DNA of 64,000 nucleotides from Eledone cirrhosa (GCA_964016885.1 OZ024740.1:283588001-283652000), one strand, 5' to 3'; shown: positions 1-14,172, counted from the stretch's first letter. Program-made: numbers and translations. Notes: a model not told the origin generated them from the letters alone.

Positions 1-364
1 CCCCCCAAACCCTCTTTCGTCAAATCTGTATTTTTTTCTTCCATTTTCCTTCCAATAATCCCCCAGTAAAGACTCGAATGATGACTAAAATATGTAACTC
101 AGTTATGTCTGTCTATTTGTCTATTGCTATTTATCAAACTTCACATTACGAACATGCTGAAATAGAATAGCACCCGTCACTATGGTGTACAATTGTAAAT
201 ACCCACGTATACACGCATACACGTTCACATGCATGCATATATACACACATACACACGCACAACTACACATATCACTCATACCCTCACACAAACAAGCATA
301 CATATGTACAGTCACAAAAGCAGACATGAAAACACATGAATCCTTTCTCAAAAACAATATGTAA

Positions 365-1152
<788 letters not shown>

Positions 1153-1504
1153 ATTATATATATATATTATATATATATATTATATATATATTATATATAT
1201 ATATATTATATATATATATTATATATATATATATATATATTATATTTTCACCCTCCTCCACACTGACACACACAAATGACATTCGCAAATATATTTGTGT
1301 ACATGCCTGTATGTTGTTGAAATATGAAGCAACGCTGTCCAAGCTAAACCATACTGTAACAAACATGATTTCTGAAATATATCCACCCCTGACACTGCAT
1401 TTCGTGTTATTGTAAATCAGATTTGCCATACTTATTTATTTTGAGACGATACTCATTTTCTCCTGCAGTTTCTTACACTTACTACATTATATCTCCATAT
1501 CACC

Positions 1505-1790
1505 GTCGCGTGGCTTCGTGGCTACCGTTTTGAACTTACGACTGTAATGCTGTGGGTTCGATTCTTGGACTGGGTTGTGCGTTGTTTTTAACCAAAACAC
1601 TTTATTTCACGTTACTCCACTCAGGTAAAATTTATTACCAGCAATAATTAAGGGTTCACCAAGTGATGGACTGTTGGCCTGTACTGGGATGTGGATGGGG
1701 ATTTGGTGAGCCTAGCACTCTCAGTCGTTTAAGGCCAATGAAACCAGTATAAGTACCACCCCAATGAGCTTCTAGGCTCGGGAAGGAATT
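1505..1790 (+). mobile_element. Old CORE-like tRNA SINE
   Basis: gcgtggcttcgtgg..gggttcgattc..aacactttatttcacgtt; similar decayed copies near 7405-7500, 47540-47660, 52340-52440. Confidence 0.6.
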
Positions 1791-2035
1791 TAACAATTAA
1801 TATATATATATATATATATATGTATGTATAAGAAAGGTGTGGTAAAATACCAAGCGGAACATAACCCACAAGAGTACTCGATGCTTGGCGTAGAAGAGTA
1901 GGTAATATGAAAATATTGAGGACCCCTACGGCTGAGCTCCGGCTGTTTCGACAGCTAGATCCGAACGTGTTCCGATCTAGCTGTCCTCAATCTTTTCATA
2001 TATATACAAATTATATTATATTATATATATATATG

Positions 2036-2226
2036 GGCGGTGGATTGGCAGTATCGGTAGAGGGTCGGACGCCATGCTTTTCAGCATAGTTACGTCCCTT
2101 TACAATCTGAGTTCAAATCCCGCCGAGGTTGACTTTGCCTTTCATCCTTACGGGGTCGATAAAATAAAGTACCAGTAATGCACTGGGTGATTGCTGGCCT
2201 TGTGCCTAAAGTAGAAACAATTATAT
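2036..2226 (+). mobile_element. tRNA-derived SINE (~185 bp), dominant family
   Basis: A box TGGCAGTATCGG, B box GAGTTCAAATCC, central GCCTTTCATCCTTACGGGGTCGATAAAATAAAGTACCAG (resembles Meta-type SINE domain), ATT tail; about 30 copies in window. Confidence 0.9.
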
Positions 2227-2292
2227 TATATATATATATTTAAAGGTTAAACTAGCTGTCCTCAATCTTTTCATATATATATATATACAAAT

Positions 2293-2330
<38 letters not shown>

Positions 2331-2871
2331 GTTAAACAAGGTTCAATGAATAAATCAAAGAATGAGTTTTACAATAGATTGGAAGCAGTCAACAGAAATG
2401 GTTTTCCGGAGTTATTAATATTAATTCAAAATATTAACAAAATACATATTCTTGTGATCAAGTATATTTTATTATACATATTTCAGAGGTACTGAGTTAA
2501 TTTCAACAGTACGTCCTCATCAGATAAAATAAGATGATGCATGACATACCCTGACGTAGTAGATGGTTAAGATTCAGTCATGGTAGTGACTACCATGTAA
2601 GTATTTACAAACGTCTTTGTGTATAATCAATGTTGGTGAATGGATGAAAATATGTCCATAGATGATATATGTACGAGTATATATACGAATATATATACTT
2701 GATCACAAGAATATCTATTTTGTTAATATTTTGAATTAATATATATATATATATATTAATAAGAGGAATTCCAACTTTGTCTGATTTACTCGTTTTATTT
2801 ACAATCCTTTAAAATATATAATGGTATTATAATGAAATAGTATGATAGAATATTAAATTCTAAGTGTTAAT

Positions 2872-2910
2872 TGAACAAGTACTTTCATGCTTTCTCAATC
2901 TTCAGGTTCA
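2872..2910 (-). ncRNA. Minimal hammerhead motif (inverted copy, one helix II mismatch)
   Basis: Reverse-complement copy of 2983-3021 within palindrome 2752-3141. Confidence 0.6.
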
Positions 2911-2982
2911 TAATATGTGGTGACAGTCGAGTTTGCAATTTTCACAGTTGAAAATTGCAAACTCAACTGTCACCACATATTA

Positions 2983-3021
2983 TGAACCTGAAGATTGCGA
3001 AAGCATGAAAGTACTTGTTCA
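2983..3021 (+). ncRNA. Minimal type I hammerhead ribozyme motif
   Basis: TGAAC-CTGAAGA-tTGC-GAAA-GCAt-GAAA-GTAC-TT-GTTCA: 5-bp helix I, GNRA-capped helix II, palindromic helix III AAGTACTT. Confidence 0.75.
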
Positions 3022-3186
3022 ATTAACACTTAGAATTTAATATTCTATCATACTATTTCATTATAATACCATTATATATTTTAAAGGATTGTAAATAAAA
3101 CGAGTAAATCAGACAAAGTTGGAATTCCTCTTATTAATATAACCTTCTATACACAATCATACACACCCGTGTATATTTACCTATCT

Positions 3187-3217
<31 letters not shown>

Positions 3218-3487
3218 TATATATATACATACGCTCTCTCTCTCACACACACACACAATCATTCTCACTCCCTCACTCTCTGTCACACACTATCTCTTTC
3301 CACATACACACACACGCACATATATATATGTGTGTATGTGTGAGAGTTTGTTCCCATGTATCTTTCGATTAATCTATCTATTTATATAACCATCTTTTAT
3401 TACTGGAGTCGATTTAATCGACTTTCCCCTCCCCCAAAACTGCTGGCCTTGTGCCTATATAAGAAACCATTATCTACCTACATGTAG

Positions 3488-3522
<35 letters not shown>

Positions 3523-3651
3523 CACAAACACATATATATATAGCTGTTGAAACGGCCGCAGCTCAGCGGTCGGGGTCCTGACTCTACTACCCTAAGTATC
3601 GAATACTCTGATGCGTTATGGTCTACCTGGTTCCTTACCACACTTCCTTTG

Positions 3652-3685
<34 letters not shown>

Positions 3686-3765
3686 GCAGATATCATCCCA
3701 TGATGATATTTGTTTTTGAAATGCGCATAATAAAATACTTGGAACTCTTTTAACCATCTTTCGAT

Positions 3766-3828
<63 letters not shown>

Positions 3829-3995
3829 TTAATACATTAACAGAGAAAGTTATTAGCGATAATCCGACCAACTTCCATCTCACTCAACAAACATTAGGAA
3901 ATACCTAAGTATATTCCCAATTATACGTTTGGGGTGCTAACTATATTGTATTATGTGGAATGTCGGGTGTTTTATTTTATATGAGACATAATTAA

Positions 3996-4067
<72 letters not shown>

Positions 4068-4795
4068 CAGGAGGCTGGACTGGTGTATAACGAAGACGGG
4101 TGAACTGCACTACGTTGAGTACTCTCCACAATATTACACCAAGATTGACCATACGGAATTCTATCCAGTGGTGAACCAACAAACCTAAAGAAATATATCC
4201 GATCATGAATACCACGAGCTTGCCAGTTACGTAAGTCTGATATTTGATTTCGGATTTATAGAAACACTTTAAGCGTATAACGTTTGATTTGTCCAGGTGT
4301 ATTTTTCTCAACCTATTAGTTCTTTCGTTACTTTGGTATATTGTGTGTTAGATTTTGCCTACCACAATGTTCAATTTGTCAAGCTATTTAAACGTATGTT
4401 ATTACTCTGAGGACCTACCTTGTCGAGTGCTTTGCTAACTCATTCTCATAGTAGGTCGAATTTGCTTGCACACCGCCAGAGATTCGATTTTACTAAGTAT
4501 CCAATTATATATATATATATATATATATCGATATATCTTCCTTCTTACATATTCCAATTGAGAACGACAGTTTATCATTATTCATTATTCGATCAATCCT
4601 TATGTGTAATACATTCTTTAGACCAAAATTAATTCATGACCCCTCCCCCTCCATTTTTCTCTCACACTCTATTATACTTTACCCTTTTTCTTCTCTCCTT
4701 CTCTCGTCAGTTCTTCTAAACATTTGTGCTATTTCCTACCCTTTTGCTATTCCAACAACCTCATTATCATACCTGATGGTCAAATATCTCTCTTC

Positions 4796-4877
<82 letters not shown>

Positions 4878-6078
4878 CTAGCAGAAGTGTCCGGCGTTGC
4901 TCGGAGTTTAATTGCTTTAAAGTACTCTTAATGATTCCACTCAATTATGGTTATTTAGGCAAAGAAAGTAAATACGGGTAAGCAAGGAAGAGGGGGGTAG
5001 CGAAAAATTTAAATTGAGTACTAAGTAAGTTGTATGAAGAATGCACGTCAAATAGTAGGTCAAATTTGTAAGCCAAGCCCGTCTGAGTTATAGCACAAAA
5101 GAGCGTAAACAGGGGCGATAATTTGGAGCACACTGGAAAAAAATCATCAAAATCGGACGTTCCTGAAAAAAGTTTTCTCATTAATTTTTTGTCTCATATT
5201 GCTAAAAACAAAGAAAAAAAATTACAAAAAGGACAATAATAAAATATAATGTCTTTGTTGAGATTCAAGTAAATAAATGCTTAAGCGTCGTTATGACTAC
5301 GTTTGTTGTTGTATAAATTCATCTGTGGCTTTTGAATATTTGTTTTTTGATGTAAAATGTAATGGTGTAAAATGTAATGGTGAGCGTCGTTATGATTATG
5401 TTTGTTGTTGTATAAATTGATGTGTTTCTTAGTTTTCAAAATTTATGTCGCGTTCCTGAACGAAGTTTTGTCGCTGTTAGAGTTGCAGAGGAGATTGAGA
5501 GGGAAGTAGAGGAAGGGATGAACCTTTTAAAGAGAGTTGCAGAGGAGATTGAGAGGGGAGTAGAGGGAGGGTTGATCCTTTTAAAGAGAGTTGCAACATG
5601 CATGTAGAGTTGCAGAGGAGATTGAGAGGGGGTAGAGGGAGAGATGAACCTTTTAAAGAGAGTTGTAGAGGAGATTGAGAGGGGAGTAGAGGGAGAGATG
5701 GACCTTTTAAAGAAAGTTGTAGAGGAGATTGAGAGGGGAGTAGAGGGAGAGATGAACCTTTTAAAGAAAGTTGTAGAGGAGATTGAGAGGGGAGTAGAGG
5801 GAGGGATGATCCTTTTAAAGAGCGTTGCAATGTGCATGTAGTTTCATCGATTTTTTAGGGTAGTGGAGAGAGGGATTAAGTGTGTAAGAGAGAGGGTTAC
5901 AGCATGTATTTAGTTTTATCGATTGTTTTCATAGAAGCAGGAAATTTTTGGCAAAGTTTATTACGGGTTGACCATTGTTGGTAAATTTGGAGCACATTGG
6001 GAAAAGAATCATCAAAATCGGTAGAGAAATGTGGAAATGCATAAAAATCATACACACACACACAGACAGACATCTTCC

Positions 6079-6085
<7 letters not shown>
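4878..6085 (-). mobile_element. Non-autonomous Helitron-like element with internal 54-bp tandem array
   Basis: Terminal CTAG (4878-4881) next to hairpin TCCGGCGTTGCTCGGA; other end catcaaaatcgg...cacagacagac...tttatatat typical of Helitron-derived repeats; internal duplication 5120-5156/5984-6021. Confidence 0.6.
5480..5830. repeat. 54-bp minisatellite, about 6 units
   Basis: Unit agagttgcagaggagattgagaggggagtagagggagggatgaaccttttaaag; period seen 5491 to 5545. Confidence 0.9.
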
Positions 6086-6145
<60 letters not shown>

Positions 6146-6279
6146 ATATATTATATATATATATTATATATTATATATATATTATATATTACCCATATAT
6201 ATATATACACATACATGCACACACACACACACACACACGCATATATATATACATATATACATACAAACACACACACACG

Positions 6280-6306
<27 letters not shown>

Positions 6307-6310
<4 letters not shown>

Positions 6311-7103
6311 GTGAAAAACCGGGAAATTATAGTCAAAGTTGGTAGAGCACTCAGTACAAAGGACAAGTTCGGTATAGAGTTAGTTTCAGACCAAATTAAC
6401 AAACCATACTTGAGAACACGCGTTTCAGCCGAAGGATTCTTCAACTTGTGTATGGTTATAGGAAGTATTTATGAGTTGGCTGTGAAAAAGGAGGTAACCC
6501 GAGTATGACTGTTGTAGAGGGGACAACTTTTGAAGAACGATCCCTTGTGTTAGTTCGGCTCAGGTTAAACTTCTGGTTATCCTGGATCCTTCCAGTTACA
6601 TAATAGAAATTTCGCCGCATGGTGGCAGCAATTAAAAACATCGGTTATCGTGCTAAGGCAAGCACTGTTACGTAACCTCTGCAAAATATTTGTTCTTTTA
6701 TCGATGCACAAGTTACAGGATTTCGTTCCATTTCCGTATGGTCTCGATTATATGAGGATTTTCCATTGGATATAGAAGGTCACGCTTCTATCCTCGAGTG
6801 ACCATACGTGGCTTGCCATTCATTGTACAATCGCTTGTCAGAGTGTCTAAAGGTCGTCTGGTGGTTAAGGAAGGCTTCTTTAAACCGGCCCTCCGACATA
6901 CCGACATATTTCTTGCCATCCTGCTGTTGTTTCAGTCGGGAGGATGTAACTTCAGTCTCGTAGACGACTGTGGGTGTAATTCACTGTTGTTTTCTGCAAG
7001 AGCATCCGGTTTCTGCAAGAGCATCCGGTTGGGGGAGCACTCTTAGAGTTGGTGGTGATATGGGCTTTCAAATTCTTAGCACAGAAATATCTGAGTTTCA
7101 CCA
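6307..7103 (-). mobile_element. Decayed Penelope-like element 3' end (GIY-YIG endonuclease, Naiad-like) in (TA)n
   Basis: Frameshifted minus-strand translation VKLRYFC..GCSCR..TVVYETEV..KKYVGMSEGRFKEAFLNHQTTFR..SHVWSL..IQWKIL..PYGNGTKSCNLC..NCCHHAAKFLL; degenerate hammerhead at ~6403-6457. Confidence 0.85.
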
Positions 7104-7556
7104 TATATATATATGTGTGTATGTATGTTTTCTGGACAAGAATAAGAGTTGTCAACAAAGTAACAAGCCTTTCTTTTTTAAGTCGAAAGATTTCTATACA
7201 TTTCTATTTATGTAAATTTGAATTAAGTTATAGTCAGTCTCCTTCGGTCGGAGCCTAACCTGGTGTCATGAGGCGTTAAGCGTCTAAAAGTGCAAGACTT
7301 CCACCAATGCATGAGACACCAGACCGTTGCAGGGTTAACCCCTACTTAATGTGGTTGCCACTGTTGCTCATTCTAACAGAGAAAGGGCCTGGAATAACGT
7401 TCAACAAAGTACCGTGCTCAAAAACACAAAGTACCGTGTTCTCTTCGGATCGAAATGACGAACTTACAGTTGTGAGTGCAATATACATAATCGTCCACCT
7501 TTTCTAGATGTGAGCACATTAGTGGATATATGAGTATTTTCGTACATGTGTGTGCT

Positions 7557-7587
<31 letters not shown>

Positions 7588-7691
7588 GCATGCGTGTATA
7601 CATTTATATGTACACACACACACACACACACACACAGAAACATATGCAGACATTCATTCCAAAGAAAGTGTCTTGTTTCGGTGTGTTAGAA

Positions 7692-7745
<54 letters not shown>

Positions 7746-7954
7746 TTGCTGAGAAATTATAAAAAATAAAACCCAAAGAACATACATTCATACGTACATT
7801 CATAGATATATACATGCATACATACTTTCATACATACATATATACATACATACACACTTACATACATACATATATACATACATACTTACGCACACACACA
7901 CATACATACATACATACATACATACATACATACATACATACATACATACATACA

Positions 7955-7986
<32 letters not shown>

Positions 7987-8444
7987 GACATATACACTCA
8001 TGCATACTCACACAGAGTAACAACGTTTATATTTTATCCCACGTTGTTTGCTTGTAATTTCCTTTTCCATCAAACCTCGTATAGATAATGGAAGATAACT
8101 AACACATTGGACGGCCTTGTTGTCACTTCCCGCCAAACATTAGTCATTAATGTCTAGAAACGGAGACTTGTACTGTTGTTGGTCTCCATCGACAGGCACC
8201 AAAACAGAAAGAAATAAGAAAAACTAAAACGTCATCAAAAATGGTGAATATTGGTAAAGAGAAATGCAATGTCTTTTATTAAAAGGCAATGTTGGTCTTA
8301 GTTGGCAGAAACCAAAATAATAGAAGAAATACATGCGCCAGCAAAAATGGAAGATATTGGTATAATATAAGAGTAAAAATAACGTTCGTTTAGACGGGAC
8401 AGCATACCGAACAGACTACTTCTGGTCTCACACAGCAAGAACAA

Positions 8445-8700
8445 CAACAGTAGAAAGAAACTTCGTCTCTGTCAGATTTGTGGTCGTACCCTTGGCAGTG
8501 GAGACTCCTGGTGTTCTTGGCCCTAGGGCTACCTCCCTACTCACCACCATAGACGCTGAGCTGACCAACTGCAGATGTGAGCCTCGCGAGATGGAATGGT
8601 TCTTCCAGCGGATCTCCCTTACCATCATCCGGGGAAACGCCTTCTCCATTCTGTCCGCCGGGGCCACCGGGTGGCCAGCGCGTGGGACCCCATTTGCTCA
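8445..8700 (+). mobile_element. CRE-like (restriction-like endonuclease) non-LTR retrotransposon 3' remnant
   Basis: FVVVPLAVETPGVLGPRA..EPREMEWFFQRISLTIIRGNAFSIL fits the RLE C-terminus pattern FVP.AVET.G..G...QR.S..I.RGNA. Confidence 0.8.
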
Positions 8701-9233
8701 CAACATAGAGAGGTGGGGAACGCGAGAGAGATGGAGACGATGACAGTGGGTGTTCGGCGCTCTTCCGTGTTAGGACACATTGCACCTGTCGCTTACAACA
8801 TAGAGAGCTGGGGAACGCGAGAGAGATGGAGACGATGACAGGGGGTGTTCGGCGCTCTTCCGTATTCGGACACATTGCACCTGTCGCTTACAACATAGAG
8901 AGCTGGGGAACGCGAGAGAGATGGAGACGATGACAGTGGGTGTTCGGCGCTCTTCCGTGTTAGGACACATTGCACCTGTCGCTTACAACATAGAGAGCTG
9001 GGGAACGCGAGAGAGATGGAGACGATGACAGTGGGTGTTCGGCGCTCTTCCGTGTTAGGACACATTGCACCTGTCGCTTACAACATAGAGAGCTGGGGAA
9101 CGCGAGAGAGATGGAGACGATGACAGTGGGTGTTCGGCGCTCTTCCGTGTTCGGACACATTGCACCTGTCGCTTACAACATAGAGAGCTGGGGAACGCGA
9201 GAGAGATGGAGACGATGACAGTGGGTGTTTGGC
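8697..9233. repeat. 95-bp tandem repeat, about 5.6 near-identical units
   Basis: caacatagag recurs at 8701, 8796, 8891, 8986, 9081, 9176. Confidence 0.95.
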
Positions 9234-9969
9234 TCACCTGTTATGTGGATCATGTGATAATTTAATTTTACTTTTGATGTTGTTGTTGATCAGCGCATAG
9301 TCCCCCGTCTAGAACTGAAACAGAGTGTCAGTTGTTCCCACTTGCCACTAGAGTAACGATCAAATTTAAACACGTATTTATTCATCCTTATACATAGGTT
9401 AACTATTTCAATCGCTGGCTGACGTCATTGGAGAAGTTATGAAACTATACGGCAGCAAAAATGAAGAATATTGGTGTGATTTTAATGGAGAAAAAGACGT
9501 TTTTGTTTAAACAGAACAGCGTACAAAGAAGCCTGCATAGCGCGAAGCATGAGCTTTATATTTTCTCTTCCTGATAAACTAATATACTTCATTTTGTTTC
9601 TATGTTTCAACATTTATATACTTAGTTCTCCTCAGTCATCGTTATCGAAAAAAAAACAACGTCTCAAAGTGGCCTTTCTTAATAATCAGGTTTCATAGTA
9701 TTAGCAAGAATCTGATGATTTTAAGGCGTAGTTGTGTGTAAGATGTGTGGTGAGGGAAGATGCAAAAAGTTGTCATGTTTTAACCATTTTATCAATAGTA
9801 GTATTTCTCGTGGAAGTGGTGACTTGACAGGGTCATTAAGACGTCGGATTGAATTCTTTGCGTTATTCTTTGCGTTATTCATTTGAATTTTATCGTTTCG
9901 ACGTTGATCAAAAAAAAAAAGTATCATTCCAGTATTAGGATCGATTGTTCTATATCTCTTTCCCACTGC

Positions 9970-10002
<33 letters not shown>

Positions 10003-10010
10003 TCTCTCTA

Positions 10011-10085
<75 letters not shown>

Positions 10086-10100
10086 CTATCTATCTATCTA

Positions 10101-10252
10101 TATACCCATATGAAATGTCTCCCCCTATTGGGGAAAATCGACTAATTTTTAAATTGCATTTGTGATAATATTTTACACGTTTGAATTGTATGTAAACTTC
10201 CCCCTTTGTATTTGTCCCCTTCTTTTGTGCCCCTGTGGCTAATAAAGAAACA
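10101..10252 (+). mobile_element. 5'-truncated 3'UTR fragment of a related Tx1-type element in (TATC)n
   Basis: tgtccccttcttttgtgcccctgtggctAATAAAgaaa is the reverse complement of the 3' end at 30265-30310; TATC repeats on both sides. Confidence 0.82.
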
Positions 10253-10512
10253 TATCTATCTATCTATCTTCTAGAATAAATCTGCTGCTTTCAGACTTGG
10301 TGAGGAAATGAGCTCGGTCAGGTTTTAAAATCAAAGTCGATTAAATAGATCCCAATTCGTTACTGGTACTTTATTTTATCAACCCCGTGAGGATGTACGG
10401 CAAAATTGACCAAAGTGGGCTTTGAGCTCAGAAGTAAAGGAGCCTGAACAAATACAACATTGTATTTGTCCAACGTTCAAAAACATCGCCAGCAAGTGGC
10501 AGTAGTAGTAGT

Positions 10513-10553
<41 letters not shown>

Positions 10554-10589
10554 TAGTAGTAGCAGTAGTAGTAGTAGCAGCAGCAGCAA

Positions 10590-10637
<48 letters not shown>

Positions 10638-11099
10638 AAGAAGAAGAATCCATTTTGAATGTGATGTAAAGAGAAATTTGCATGAATCAGCGTCCCAAGA
10701 GAAATTGGGTTTAATATTCTCTCAATAATTGTTGTATACTACGGTCACGTAACTTTATATAATGTCTCCTCTTACTATTACATCCCCCTCTCCATCACTA
10801 CATTGATACTGTTGAATGGATGTTGTATGTATGCAGGCATGCATGTATGTATGTATGCATGCACGCATGTATGTATGTATGCATGTATGCATACATGTAT
10901 GTTTGTGCATGTACATACATATTTATGTATGTCTACCTATTAAATATGTATGCACGTATGTACGCAAGTATGTATGTAGGTATGTATGTATGTATGTATG
11001 TATGTATGTATACAAGTATACATGTATCTAGGTACGTATATTTGTATGTGTATATATATATATAAATATATATATATGTATATTTGCATGCGTATATTT

Positions 11100-11193
<94 letters not shown>

Positions 11194-11779
11194 ATGTATG
11201 CAAGTATGTGTGTGTGTAAATATGTATGCAAGTATGTATGTATGTATGTACATATATGTCTGCTTCTTAAGTTTACTGGTGTTTGTGTGTATATGTGTGT
11301 ATGTTTATATTGAGTATATGATGTGGTTATAAGTGTATGTTTATGTAATCTTGTGAGTGATGTCTCACAGTGATGTCGTCTCACCTTGTGCTGTCAAGGT
11401 GGATTATTTAATTCAATTGTACTGCACTACATGGCATAATGTACAATGAAAGGAATACACATTTAAAAACAAACATATAATTGAAGTTTCGCTATTAAGA
11501 AATATAAGATGACTAGAAGTTAATCATATTGACCGTATTTCTCAGCCCACGGGGAGAGATTGTAACTGTTCTATAACTATATTATTTACTTTTCACAGTG
11601 CTGCTAATATTGTATATTAATTTTCGAACTGTAACCCTTACAATTCAAATATGTATATATATATATAGATAGAAGTGGTTACACTTCTACCTAACTTCTA
11701 CCTAACTCGTCTCATTGACTGAGTGCTCTACCACTACGGATATTACCTTCCAGTGTTCTACCACTATATATATATGTGC

Positions 11780-11818
<39 letters not shown>

Positions 11819-11899
11819 CGGTAAACAGAAATAACAACACAATCGGTACAGTATATGGAAGGAATATATTAGGTTAACGCTTGAAATAGCAAGAAGAGA

Positions 11900-11937
11900 G
11901 TCTTAATGTTTCGGACGCTAGTCCTTCATCAGGAGAA
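11900..11937 (-). ncRNA. Minimal hammerhead motif (family B, weak helix I)
   Basis: Minus strand CTGATGAAGGACTAGCGTCCGAAAC is identical to 26221-26245. Confidence 0.6.
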
Positions 11938-12017
11938 AGAATGAGAAATTAGAAACATTGATTGAAGGGGCGGGTGTGATGGAATTCGAAAAAATGTTTT
12001 AGAGAAAAATAACAGGT

Positions 12018-12053
<36 letters not shown>

Positions 12054-12331
12054 TGGAAAAAATTATATATGTCATGTTTGAGAAAATCAGAAACATGCGC
12101 CATAACACTTGTAGAAGAAGCTCAAAGATTTCAAGGAATAAAACCGAGCATTTATTAAAAATTAAATTAAAGGTTGATTGACATATATGTATACAATAAA
12201 TGTATCGAACATTGGCAGCAGATAAAGGCCAAGGAAAACAAAGAGAGCTTATTTAGTATAAATAAAATTTCACACACTTACCTAAGGTCACCCAAACATG
12301 TTAAGTGTATGGAATTTTAATTATACTACAT

Positions 12332-12423
<92 letters not shown>

Positions 12424-12481
12424 TACATATATATACTACATATATATATATATAAATATATATATAAATATATATATATAA

Positions 12482-12557
<76 letters not shown>

Positions 12558-12707
12558 CAAAGAAGGTGTGGTAAGATACCAGGTGGACCATAACGCACCA
12601 GAGTACTCAATACTTAGTGTAGTAGAGTGGGTAATATGAAAAGAGTCAGGACCCCGACGGCTGAGCTCCGGCCGTTTCGACAGCTAGAACCGCCCAAGAA
12701 CTCTTTT

Positions 12708-12769
<62 letters not shown>

Positions 12770-12770
<1 letters not shown>

Positions 12771-13630
12771 CTAGGGCGGGTAAAATTCCCGAGATCCATG
12801 GACAAGTTCTCTTCAGCGGTTTCTGTCCCTCATTATCGCTGCCATGTCCTGCGTCTCCAACAGACCAGTGTCTGTCCTTATGGCATCAACATACGTTAAC
12901 CTTGGTCTTCCTCTTCTAGTGTGTCCATGTAGGGGTTCCCACATTGGCTCCCTACCTTTTTATCATCGTAGTGGACTATTGTATGCGCCTTGCACTGGAG
13001 AAATACCAGGACTCTGGCTTTACTGTAGCACCGGCTGAGAGCAGGAGAGTTAAGGCGAAAAAGAAATCAGATGCTGAATTTGCCGACGACATAGTTTTGG
13101 TGACAGTGAAGGAGGCAGAGGATTTGATGCAGGAGGTTGAGACTGTGTCGATGAGTGTGGGGCTGAGAATGAATGAGACTAAAACAAAATATCTGGTAGA
13201 GAATGTTGAGAAGCCAGAGGGGATCACTAATGTAGGCGGGAAGCCGCTAGAATTGGTTGAGGACTTCCTGTATTTGGCAGCAAAGATTGGGAATACGGAA
13301 GATGATGTGGTTGAGAGGAAGAGCAAAGCCTAGGCGGCGTGTCACAGCTTGAGATCGGTGTGGAAGTCGGAACTTCGTAAAGACCTGAAAATCCCCCTCT
13401 TCATTGCTGTAGTGGAGTCTGTGCTGCTGTATGGGTCTGAGACTTGGACACTGAACAAGAAACTCACTCAGATGGTGGATGGGTGCTACACGAGAATGCT
13501 GAGGATGGCTCTGAACATTAATCAGTATACACTGAGGATGAAAAACTCAGAGCTGTATGGGAGTCTCCCAAAAGTCAGCTTAAAAGTGACACAGAGGAGA
13601 CTGAGGTTAGCTGGACATGCTCACCGATAT

Positions 13631-13632
<2 letters not shown>
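12770..13632. mobile_element. RTE-clade LINE fragment with internal inversion
   Basis: Plus 12942-13632: LAPYLFIIVVD..EFADDIVL..GLRMNETKTK..VESVLLYGSETWTL..RRLRLAGHAHRYP. Minus 12941-12770: WEPLHGHTRRGRPRLTYVD..DTG..MRDR, the RTE C-terminus. (TA)n on both flanks. Confidence 0.88.
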
Positions 13633-13679
<47 letters not shown>

Positions 13680-13817
13680 AAAGTTATATCGTTATAAATA
13701 CAAAGTGTGTAAGCGAGACTGCAAGACTGTTTATATGAATATGCATGCATTTTTAATATGTAGGCATGTAAAAATGCCAGAAAATAGGAATTCCCCTGTA
13801 TATTGAAATAATGATAA

Positions 13818-13866
13818 ACACCTTTAAGTGATTTTCGGATCTAATTGTATCCTCATCAGAAGGCGT
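13818..13866 (-). ncRNA. Minimal type I hammerhead ribozyme motif
   Basis: ACGCCTT-CTGATGA-GGAT-acaattag-ATCC-GAAA-AtcacT-TA-AAGGTGT: 7-bp helix I, intact core, UUA site. Confidence 0.8.
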
Positions 13867-13982
13867 GTATATCAACAAACAAGGAAACATGCATTTGATA
13901 AGTATATATACCCATTCACTCTGAGTTTGTAAATGTTTTCGGAGTGTATTATTTGCGTATAGGGATTGTGGATTACGTATAA

Positions 13983-14172
13983 GGGCGGTGGATTGGCAGT
14001 ATCAGTAGGGGGTCGGACGCCATGCTTTCCAGCATAGTTACGTCCCTTTACGATCTGAGTTCAAATCCCGCCGAGGTTGACTTTGCCTTTCATCCTTACG
14101 GGGTCGATAAAATAAAGTACCAGTAATGCACTGGGTAATTGCTGGCCTTGTGCTTACAGTAGAAACAATTAT
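13983..14172 (+). mobile_element. tRNA-derived SINE
   Basis: Full match to 2036-2226; TSD-like ttacgtata(a)ggg. Confidence 0.9.

Larger units (their letters stand above)
2752..3141. repeat. Fold-back palindrome, ~190-bp arms, Penelope-type remnant
   Basis: Near-perfect inverted arms about a 4-nt loop at 2945-2948; hammerhead in each arm. Confidence 0.9.

Noticed and set aside
2036-2125. tRNA genes
   Set aside because: A and B boxes belong to SINE heads; no full cloverleaf.
5422-5841. Coiled-coil-like ORFs RVAEEIERGVEG
   Set aside because: Translation of a 54-bp minisatellite inside a Helitron-like element.
8697-9233. CRISPR-like array
   Set aside because: Units are contiguous with no unique spacers; eukaryotic context with no cas genes.
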